64,000 nt of DNA from Amoeboaphelidium protococcarum X5 (taxonomy: Eukaryota > Fungi > Aphelidiomycota), in assembly GCA_023515725.1 (NCBI GenBank), contig JALDTO010000200.1, positions 550,276 to 614,275 of the forward strand, read 5' to 3'. Both the position numbers and the translations under genes were made by a program. The notes beneath the pieces are model-generated. The model did no database searches, was not told where the DNA came from, and saw only the letters and a program-made list of their open reading frames with translations. Positions 53,758 to 64,000 of this stretch are shown piece by piece; position 1 is the stretch's first letter; each line of letters starts with the position of its first letter.

Positions 53758-56394
53758 TCACGATTCAGCAGTCCTCTTCCTCTAACGACAAAGATTCTTT
53801 TCCATCTCTGGGTACCGGTAGAATACATCAAAATATGGTTCTAATGCAACATTGGACTGTATATCTTCTTAATTGCGCCTGAGGGACCTTCTAGATCTAC
53901 GCAATCCGCAATCAATATCATTAATCAGAAAATTTTATAACTACTGAGCACTGCGATTACTGTCATAATGAGCTTACAATATAACATCTATGTAACTAGA
54001 ACTTTCAACGACAGTACTGAAATTCTAAAAGTCAACTGTTGACATCAGTGGAGCATAATGAGTAAAGTCAGTGAATTTAATTTCATCTTCAGTCAAGTCT
54101 GAACATAGAGTTTGGCATAACTGATTCACAAGAGGATTCCATGCATACCCAGTCATAACTTCCATACTATCTGGATCTGGGTCGACTTGGATATACATTC
54201 TGTCGCACAGAAGATCTTCAGCCTCTTCTATTGGCACAGACGCTGTTCCAAGAAGTTGGATAGGACCCGAAAATTCAGAGACTTTCTAATTAAGTAGTGA
54301 ATCCATCATTGCCACACAAGATCTTCTTTCATATAAAGCAACATCAAATTCAGCACCTTCTCCATTAATACATTCAATCTCTCTAATGTCAACATTGGCA
54401 TAATTGACATCATTTTTAGTAAGAGGAAGAGATGGTATCGAATCCTTTAAGCAAAGAAACTGCAGATTATTCAAAATAGCTTTCAAATTGTAATTGAAAG
54501 ACTTACACAAACCATCAAGAATATCAGCAGGTGCTTCAATATTAAAGTGAGACTAAAGACTCTTTTACACGAATTTGGAGATGACTTGCTTTTGAGGTCG
54601 AAGAGTAATGAGGCGTAGCTTTGAGTCCAATGAGTCCAACTCATTAGCCACAGCTTGAGGTAAGTACTTAAGATCAGAGGTACTTAGAATGATAGGAGAT
54701 TAAGTAGACTATACAAACTGCATTACAATATTCTAGAAATTGGTATCTTGATTGAAGCAAATGTCAACATCTTTGATGTAAATCAGAGTATCTTACTTGA
54801 GTTTATGAGGCTTCTGAGGCTAGAGATTGGGCGTGGGCTTTTAGGATTTAACTGAGGGCTTTGCAGAGAAGAAGGATGTGAGAGTAGAACTCTTCTTCTA
54901 TACCGTTTCATCTTTTAGTGAAGAGCCAGTCTTACCCGATTGGATCGTTGTCTCATTCCAAGTTCTCTAAACGTTAAAACTGGATAAGCTTTCACCCACG
55001 GCCATCGCCATTTCAGATCCACTTCGGTTCTTCATCATTGTACCAGCAGTGGCCGGATTCAACTCAAGGACATCAAAATTAAATTATTTAGCAGCAGCAT
55101 ATACAATGGAGGACTTACACGTGCTAGAAGGAGAATACAACAGAATAGCAGAAGTACAGTGTCGATTGGCAAGAAGGTCATCAAAAGTCTTATTTTCGCA
55201 TAACTACGCGAAATTTTTCATATTACCAACTAAATCAAATAGAGACTGCTCCAATGGCAATATAATGCAGCCATTAGGCATCTACTTCTACTGCTTCTGA
55301 CCCAACTTATACTTTGATTAATCATTTTCAAAATCTGAATCTGAATTATAATCGTCTGGTACCACAAAATCCTTATCATTATACAAACTTCGTTTACCAT
55401 GGTCTCTTTCGGAACTATACATTTGAGAAAGTATATTCACACTGTCAGCAACATGCGTGTCAGATCCGCAAACCTTATAGGATTGAAGCCAGTGACTAAT
55501 AAATTCAATCTTGGATTGATCCTCCAAGGCAACGCACAAATCATCTAGATTCTTTGGTGAAAATAGATCGACCCATAATCTGTTGCAACTTACACTCTAT
55601 ATTGAGACTCTTTCCTTGTTGCAATTAGGTATGATACGGCGCTCATTGGAGAAGAAACCACTTGGAGCAATCTAAATATTCCGATTCCTGCTAGCAGAAA
55701 TCACTGATTAATCGCGATTCACCAGAGAGGGAACTGAAGCAGACTTTGCGATAAGGAAACGATGACATTCTGAATATGAAAACGCGTCCAATGATACTGA
55801 GGAGGATTGAGCCACATGATTATTAAAGAATGAAGGGAAGGCGGCATCTTTAACCCATAAACCAACTTTAGAATTAACTTCTTATCGACAGGAATCCGCC
55901 AAGTGAGGAACCGCAACCTTCTCCGGCTAAGATAATTTATATCTTTTAGAGTGACCAACTTATGGCGATGATATGTAAATACTTTGACTGCTTGACTGTT
56001 CCCTTGGACAATCCCCGGACAGTTCTGTTTCAGCGAGACTTTTTCGCTTTCGCCTACTCTTCACCTCTGAAACGATAATAATGTCATCATTAAGGAGACT
56101 GAGATCATCCTTGTATGAGTTGGTGGCAGAGTCTTTTAGCAATCTAGAGTCATAATCATCGTTAGTAAATTTGATTCTCTTACTCTAATCGGAAGACTTT
56201 TCCAAATCAATGCAAATTACATCATCAAGTCTGATATTTCTTTGTTCACAACTATAGGACTTGACATCAGGTTCAACTTTCTTCTTTGCAACGACCTTCT
56301 TTGAGCCAAAAGACAGTTTACTCTGCATTGATTTATCAGGTTTCTTCTTACTATCTGTCAGAGGTTTCGAAGGATCATCAAAGTCTTTAGACAT
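53758..56394 (-). CDS. ELG1: ELG1/ATAD5 PCNA unloader large subunit (divergent)
   Basis: LWVDLFSPK, ILLYSPSSTCKSSIVYAAAK...VLELN, LIYIKDVDICFNQD...SPIILST. Confidence 0.75.
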
Positions 56395-56719
56395 GACTGC
56401 TGTTATATGATACTCAGAGGGCTTGTTTCAACTTTGCTGTCGAGTAAAAAGAAAAAATAGAAAGAAATATAAAGACAGAGAGAGAGAGAGAGAGCAAAAG
56501 AAAGAGAACGCGTCTCTCAGCTAAAAACGCTACCGCTTTGCTGATCCGGACCAGAACGGAATTCATCTTCGAAACGTTCAGCTTTCCAGAACGCGACATT
56601 TCCTTTGGCGGATCCTTTATTATCTCAATTACAATTTTTCTTTTGGCTTTAAATTTGTCCATTACTGTTATTCAACTTTTCTAATTGTAAAAATCTCATT
56701 CGGTCTATCAAGAATAAAT

Positions 56720-56998
56720 ATGTCAGTGGAAAGTAGGAAAGAAGAGTTTCGCAAGTTCTTGGACAAGGATGGAGTTATTGATGCTCTGACTAACGCTCTT
56801 ATGCACTTGTATGAAGAGTAAGAGAAGCCAGAGAATGCATTGGAGTACATTGTAAAGAGTTTGGCAGTTAATACTCATGGATCTGCACCGTCATCTCCTA
56901 CTTCCCCCGCTAGTGATCAAGTAGAGTAGCTGAAGACCGAGAATGCTCAGTTGAAGCAGAAGATTAAGGATTTGGAAGCGAAACTGGCAAATGAATGA
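56720..56998 (+). CDS. MYCBP: MYCBP/AMY-1 (FAP174-like) protein
   Basis: SRKEEFRKFLDKDGVIDALTNALMHLYEE(Q)EKPENALEYI plus coiled coil. Confidence 0.88.
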
Positions 56999-57086
56999 GC
57001 TAATTGGTCATTAAAAAATATGAATTATGCATTATTTCATTTCAACTCCTACTATTATTCTCGCTATTTGAACTTAAGATTAATCT

Positions 57087-60000
57087 TCAACTCTGCGGAG
57101 AAGGTGAGACCTTCTTTGCAACAACAGTGGACTTTTAACTCTATGCAGTCACCTACTCTAACACCTTTTCCACAGCAATAGAACGCCAAATATCAGATGA
57201 CACTGCAGAAGGCTCATCCCCATTCAGACTGGCAGTCTTTCTATTCTGCAGATGTTGCAGAGTTCTCTTGAAATACGCCTCAATTTTGGAGAGTGGAGTT
57301 TCGGGCAACTGCTTATCTCCGAAAGCCTGTCCTTGATCAGATCTAATGACAACCAAATCAATGCCGGTGATCAACGATGCGCCAAACATATTTCCATCAC
57401 TCCTCACACTGCTATCCAACGTTCCAGCTGCATTATCACTGGCAACAGATTATAGATTGCTAAATATCAAATCAATCAGACCATTCACATACTTTGCCGT
57501 TACTGACGGCACTCCTTTTACGAAACAGTGAACATACCAATTCAAAATGTCGATAAATAATTCGGCATTAATCAGCTGGTCCATGCAAGCATCTGCAATC
57601 TTCAAAGCCTTCTACAAACACTCCAAAGTTCTCTTAGGATCGCGATACACTTCCAAAGCAGTAGTGGACTATTGAGACGAGGAGCTTGGTAAAAGATCCG
57701 ACGCATTGCTCTTGGTCTAATCTTTTCTGCTCTTGTTCCCAAATTTAGCCTTCTACTAACCAAAAGAACTTTATGCAGCTGTTCCAGTTGCTGAATTAGG
57801 CTCTGACCAACCACCGCCAATCATCATCTCGTCCAAGTTATCACTCAATGAAGTCATTCCAACTTAAGCACCAGCAAACGGATCTCCACCAGCAGCCTCT
57901 TCAGAGCCAACATCTTCATCGTCTCCATCCTCATCCTCGGGCTCCGAGTGTCCAACAGCACCAACTCGTTGACCAGCTTCAACATTAACAAAAGCCTTCT
58001 GGAATACAGACTATGCCACAGGCTCCCTGCCCCAGAAAAGACTACTGCATTTAGCAACAAGACGCGCCTGATCCCACTTTCTCAGCAATCTAGAGCAATA
58101 CAAAGCGACTTTGGTGCTCAGAGTATCATAATTATCCTTTCCAAGGACACCTTGATTACTAATCGCATACATAATCTTAATGAGAACTTGCAGAAATACC
58201 AATTATTCATGAGTCTACGATACTGAATCTTCGTAAATGGAAAATGCAGATACTAAAAACTCATAGGCCGCCATTTCATGACCAACAAATGGCGAAGGAT
58301 AGTCTTTAGAAAACAAATTAGCTTCTAAAGGATATAGATAGTACTTCAGAGCAATCAACGGATAATATCTACCCAACAGTGATATAGTCTGGTGCAAAAA
58401 CTTAAACAAAGTGCCCAGTTTCTCATTCCTCTCACCAGCATCCTATACCAAGAAAGCATACTCAATACTTAACTACGTACACAGAGTCACAAAAGTCGGG
58501 ATTGTATACTTCATTCTCATAGATCCACCTTCCTGGATAAACTTTTTCAAAATACCCAACAGAACAAACTTTTAATCTAGATCTAAGTCTTTAGAGTTCG
58601 CCTTCTCAGCCAGCTCAGAATTAACCAACAGCATCACCCTGCACAACAAATTCTACTCATCAGCAAAGAAGTCAGATGTTTGATCAGGCGTCTGACCATC
58701 TGGCTAGTCCTTCACCATAGTGTTCAGATATTCTCCAAATACCAGCTAAACATCCGACTGCGTAACCAAGTAAGTATGAAATCTCTTCTCAATCATCTTG
58801 TTGCAAATGATAATGCTGGCAGCCTGACGAACGTTAAAAGGCTAAATGCAGATGAATCTACCATAAGATTTGGATAAGTCATCATCTCTCAATATAGTCA
58901 ATATGGATGGATAGACATCGAGAGGTAGACGAATGAATTCCAGTATCAACTTTTTGGTGGCATGCTGCGATAATTCCTCAATTTTAGCCTACTTGAACCT
59001 CTCTGCGGCAAACTTGAATATCTGATGAACAAAATCCAAATTGTCTCCATACACATTTAACGCGATATTCAACATTGATATCAATAGCGCCGTAACATCA
59101 TCCATTGGCAAATCTAGTCTTTCACTCAGCACTGCGGAGATTGGCTACCAGAACACCTCAAACAAATTAAAGTCAACTTTACCGGCGTCACTCTCCTGGG
59201 ATGAACTCTACTTGCTGCTGCCATCTTCCTACTGCTACTACTGCTTAAAGTAAGCAACAAGTCTATCCACGAAAGAAATCACAATATTCTTGATACTCAC
59301 CTACGGATTAAATTTGCCGATAGCAGACAACAGTTCATCCAAAGTTCCTAAATGAAATTCATCAGAGAACACTTGACTAATAGCCTCCATCAAATACTCT
59401 TGCGCAATCACATCCTTACAAGACACAATCTATTCCAAGACGCGAGGCAGGATCTTGCTCTTATACAAATCTAAGGTCACATCAGGCAACTAAGACAATC
59501 TGACCAAATTCAAACCAACAAGCAGACGCAGCTCCTTACGCTCCTGCTCCCTCTTCGGACGATCACGACTCAGGCCTTGATACTGCATTCTCACCCATAA
59601 CTTGTTCATCTCCGTAAAGTTGGTCAGCAGAAACTCGACAGCCTTCTCCAAAGGTAGAGAGTCCATCAACTGCTTTGTACATTGCTACAGATAGTAACGC
59701 AAGAACAGTCCTCTGGTAGGATGTTGGATACCGCGACACATCTCAAGCATGTCAGAGAGATAATCTTCGGCACTCTCCGGCTTCAATTGAGCATAAACAC
59801 ATCCAACAGTGATGAGCAAATACATTCTTGGAAGAACGGCAGTCTAGTACTACACAATCTCATACAAGTCCGAGTCAGTTTTCTTGATCTTGTCCAACGG
59901 GTTCAGAGAGTTCGCAGCTGACTTGGACTACTATTTGGAATTCTCCTTTGACGACTCGACTTCATCAGCAGAAACAGACTATGCCTCAGAGATCACCTGC

Positions 60001-60365
60001 TAACCATTGGCGTCCAAATTAATCTAGGAGTCAGAGGAGTTGGGTGACACCTTCCAATCGGCATCCTTAGTACTGTACTCGGTCAAGTAGATTTACAGCC
60101 CTTACAAATGATCAAAGGCAGACATGTACAGCTCGTAGTAATCCTTAGGAGAAAAAGTGTGACGCAATTCATTCACAATCTACGCCGCATACTTCAGTGC
60201 ATCCATAGTAGTAGACAGACGAGCAGGTGCATCCTTCAACGCGGACAAGTCAACCTTCAACTTCTAATGCAGATGGTACGCACTAACTTTTACCGAATGC
60301 TGAGCTTCATTCAGCTCTTTAGGCGTATCAGTAGATCTTACACTAATCAAAGATTCCGTAGACAT
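57087..60365 (-). CDS. VPS35: Retromer subunit VPS35
   Basis: [18 protein letters not shown]...[55 protein letters not shown]. Confidence 0.96.
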
Positions 60366-60539
60366 ACTATGAAAGTTAAATATAAATCTTATTTATTTAT
60401 TCACTTTGTTCGTGTGCTACTGAATGGCTAAGCTGAAAAGAAAGACAACTGTACGATAAGGCTTAAAAAGCCATTAAGCAGGGAACGGAGCGCGCAATAA
60501 GTTACCGAAAATCTCGATTCGTATTTTAGCTGCGGATGA

Positions 60540-60570
60540 GAAAAACGGGGCGGATCAATCATTCGTGCAC
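60540..60570 (+). repeat. Candidate left imperfect terminal inverted repeat of the Fanzor element
   Basis: GAAAAACGGGGCGGATCAATCATTCGTGCAC versus the reverse complement of 63338-63369; core 17/23 identical. Confidence 0.35.
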
Positions 60571-60899
60571 CAAGTCATTTTGAAATTTTTTATCCATAGA
60601 GTATTTGTATGATAGTTAGTCTTATTTTAAATACGATTATCAATGAAATTCTATATATTTTTACATACTCTTCAATACAAGTCAATAATCTAATTACTCG
60701 TTTACTTTATTGCCAATCTTCTGAGCTTGTCTCAATACCTTAACAATACCAATAACTCCTGAGTGGTTTTAAGCTGCGACCATCCTCATTGATATCACAA
60801 TGATATGATGACTGGTCGTGTCACATCTCATCATTGCATTGTATTCAATGCTTACTGACAGTGTTCTAATTCTTTCATCGCAATACTGATCATTTGAAA

Positions 60900-63176
60900 A
60901 TGTAGCCAAGCCAAAAACGTGAATTATCTGCGGCTGCAAAGACAGCACTAGAAGATTTCAAAACTTAAGCATATCATCAAGATATTCCCGGATTTCTCTC
61001 CGTGTGTGCTAAGGTGATCAATGAAGTTGATATTCGGATAGTCAAAGAACTTGGCGCATCATCATTTGCCGCATTTGCTCCAGTATTTGCCCCTTGGTAT
61101 AATACTAAATCTGAATGGTTTGGACATCATGTTTGGAATGGCAACACAGACGCGTTCAATTAACGACTGTTGTTAAAATGCACTGACAAGGACTGGCAAA
61201 TACCGTAATCTTAATAAACAGAACACTCCTTAACAGCAAAGTTCAATCCTAATTTGAATCGTAAAGACATGGGACAAAACGTAAGTGAGAGCCAGGAGAA
61301 GTAAAGTTTTAGTCAGGTGCAGCATTAAATTGAGAATATCATTGAATCCAAAATGCGGAATCAGTAGATTGCATCAGATACAGACTCTCTAATGGCTAAA
61401 TGGAAATCTAAGCAGTAATAGTCGTCATCTAAGAGTTTGAAGAAGAAGAAGAAGAAGAAGAAGAAGAAGAAGAAGAAGAAGAAGAAGAAGAAGAAGAAGA
61501 AGAAAGTGCTACAGCTTTCGGAATAATCTCTAGTGGCGTTGGAAAACATGAAACCAAAAATCGGCAAGATGAAAAATCGGCGAGAGATTGCAGAACTGAA
61601 TCAGTATGATCAGATACGCTCGATTAATATTCGTATATTCCCTGATAAGAAGTTCATACACAAATTCAATGAATGTCCGGATCTCAAGTTTCAAATGGTC
61701 AATTTCATCATTAACATTTTGAATGATTCCAGAGATTAAGGAGAAAAGGTGTCAATACAAGCGCTAAGGAACCATGTTGCGCTAAGTTAAGTCAAAGCCA
61801 AAAAGTGCCGCGTGCCTGATGACGACCCAAGATTGCGTTGGATGCGAATGCCATCTACAGTGCAAGATGAGATTATTAATGCGACTCGCACGTATTACTA
61901 TGCGGCTCATGAGAAGTATACAAAGGGTGATATCAAAGACTACAACTTTATGCCAAATAGAGATGATGATTAGTTTTAGATGCTCCAGTTTCAAGCGTAA
62001 GATGCCCGTGTAGATCCAGATAGCAATCGCGTCCGCCTACTGCCTTCATTCCTCAAGAGCTTTGGGAAACTGTATACCAAAGATCCTCTATTCTAAGAGC
62101 CTGGCAAGATTGACTACTGGCCCCGTTTCATTAAGTTTGGCTATGGCAGAGGAAGAGAGTTCAAGCTCGTGAAAAGAAGAAAAAAGTTCTTTGTGATTGT
62201 TTCGTATGATGCCTCCTGTATATAAGGTCCATTCACTGATTGGTATTACTAGCAACTGCAAGATATGAATAATGCAGATGAGAATCTTGAAGGTGCTAGA
62301 TCATTTATAAGCCGCCGTGATGCGCGTTGCCGTTAAACTGGAAACACTTGCTCGGTGGATCCAGGTGTTAGAGTGAGCATGACCGTCTTCGATTTGGATC
62401 GCAGGTCATTCATTGCGATTGCGCCTGATTTCAAGTAGCTTTATAAGAATAAGAGTGAATAGATTTCCAATGCATAGTCTCTGAAAGATTAGATGGATAA
62501 TCGCGCAGCTGCTTTACAGAATGGACAATTGAGTCTGGAGGAGTTTAAAGCGTAGAAGAAAGCATTATGGCACACATGGAAGAAATCAAAGAATAATGTT
62601 GTTCCCACTGATATTGGCATTAGTCGTGCTTACACCAAATTCTCTGCATATGTATCGAATTTGCATAACCGAATTGGCAACTTTTTGATGCGGCATTATG
62701 ATCTAATCATTCTTCCCGAGTTTCTGACTATTAAGATGGTGAAGAAACGGAGAAAGCGTTTGAATCTACCTCCCGTTCTAAGTGATACGGCCGATGTACT
62801 GGTAACACACTCGCGTGGTTAATAAAATTCTGGGCATATTCTCCATAAAAATACGCGGAAGACTCTATTGGCGTTTAGCCATTACAAGTGTCGTATGAAA
62901 CTTATTGCAATGGCATAAGCTAATATATTTAGATCTGGAAAGTAAGTGCTCGTGACAACGGAGGAGTTTACGTCGAAACAACATCCGTTTCAGAATGTGC
63001 TACATAACTGTCTTGGTGCTGATGAGTACTTCATGTTGGGTGATTTTCGTGCATATCGGGATAATGTTGGATCATATAATGTTATGTCTCGAAGTTTTTC
63101 TAAGGAAGAAGTGAAATTGGTTACTGCGAACTAAGCGGATTAGACACTATACAAGGAGTTCGTGATGTCCATATGA
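60900..63176 (+). CDS. Fanzor2/TnpB-like RNA-guided RuvC endonuclease (758 aa)
   Basis: TGA-free frame; PVFAPWYN...HVW, IRSINIRIFPD, RuvC-I SVDPGVR (D at 62358), YDLIILPEF, LLAFSHYKCRMKL, VTTEEFTSK (E at 62961), RuvC-III RDNVGSYNV (D at 63060). Confidence 0.88.
61440..61505 (+). repeat. (AAG)21-AAA microsatellite encoding 22 Lys in the Fanzor ORF
   Basis: Perfect trinucleotide run, in frame. Confidence 0.95.
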
Positions 63177-63337
63177 AGGTCTTGCAAGAGACTCTATTGC
63201 GCCTTGCTTAACATCTGATCACTAAATCATAGAAGTGTTTTGTAATTGCTTATCGTTATGCTCGTACTATACTGTTACTCTGCTATTAAGGGGCTATGTG
63301 GGGACCCCAATGAAAAGATTGCTGGAGCTTTTTTAAA

Positions 63338-63369
63338 GTGTACCAATGATCGATTAACCCACATTTTTC
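63338..63369 (-). repeat. Candidate right imperfect terminal inverted repeat of the Fanzor element
   Basis: Reverse complement GAAAAATGTGGGTTAATCGATCATTGGTACAC resembles 60540-60570. Confidence 0.35.
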
Positions 63370-63499
63370 GCTAGGTGTTGGATTTCTTTTTAGCGATAAT
63401 GTTTTTTAAGCTCTGCTTTACTGCTTACGCTGACTGAAAAAAGTCCTATTCACGCCACTGGCTCAGACGACAGAATTTTTCGGGAAAAAATAGAAACTT

Positions 63500-64000
63500 A
63501 TGATACATAAATAAGGATTTCCTCCTCTTGGCCGACGTTGCTTTGCAGGCTCTAGCTCTTCTCTCAATTAAGGCAAAGTTGCTGAAGAGTAACTGTCAGA
63601 ATTTTAACTACGATTTGAATAGGTAAGAGGTGACTTGCCTATGTTTAAGGAAACCTTTTAGTTTGACTTGGATAAATGTTGGCTATGGAATCTGTATAAG
63701 AGTGGAGACTTTGCAGAGATCTGGAAGGATGAGGGGAATATCCATGAGTATGTGTCTAATGCTTTGATCTATGTTCGACGTGCCTTTGAAGATTCTTTAG
63801 GCTTAGTCTCGCGCCTGATTATCAGCAAGCAGCAGCTTATTGCCAAGTCTAAGCCTGACGTCGTAATAATTGCCTCTGATTCTTTGCAGATTATAGGAGC
63901 TTGTGAGATAAAGGTGCCTTAAAAGTCCCAATACCAGTGTAATGGATTTGAGTCATCAACACGTTCTGTATCAAGCTAGTTTACAAATGTTAGAGATGCG
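63500..64000 (+). CDS. PD-(D/E)XK restriction-endonuclease-fold protein (Crinkler-associated REase-like), runs off window
   Basis: ATG 63500, open frame; KPDVVII...IIGACEIKVP. Confidence 0.6.

Noticed and set aside
61361-61567. Poly-Phe ORF on the minus strand
   Set aside because: Antisense reading of the (AAG)n repeat inside the Fanzor ORF.
1-64000. Mass pseudogenisation implied by the fragmented ORF track
   Set aside because: Interruptions are TAA/TAG only and fall at conserved Gln sites; essential genes are intact under table 6.
1-64000. CRISPR arrays, tRNA or rRNA genes
   Set aside because: No repeat-spacer structure or recognisable tRNA/rRNA motifs seen by eye; a tRNAscan or Rfam run would be needed to exclude small RNAs.

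Overview
Compact, gene-dense eukaryotic DNA with short (56-73 nt) GT-AG introns. TAA and TAG read as Gln and only TGA terminates, so the supplied ORF track breaks almost every gene into fragments. The code plus fungal-type genes (FOX2, sphingolipid C9-methyltransferase, RIM4, PHO85) point to an aphelid such as Amoeboaphelidium protococcarum; this identification is an inference. Re-translated by hand, the window holds about 35 genes. Most are housekeeping: ALDH, PARG, LIP5, TFA2, choline kinase, UTP17, RPB10, CBF5, ELG1, VPS35 and others. It also has a cluster of orphan secreted proteins, two with a cryptic N-myristoylation motif behind the signal peptide, a frameshifted secreted M1 aminopeptidase, a bacterial-type GT4, and a decayed DUF6729-type transposase abutting a PD-(D/E)XK remnant. 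The highlight is an intact 758-aa Fanzor2/TnpB-like RuvC nuclease ORF (60900-63176). It is hidden by about 30 in-frame TAA/TAG codons and has a poly-Lys22 microsatellite, no zinc-finger cysteines and imperfect flanking inverted repeats. All family assignments come from motif recognition by eye, not database searches.
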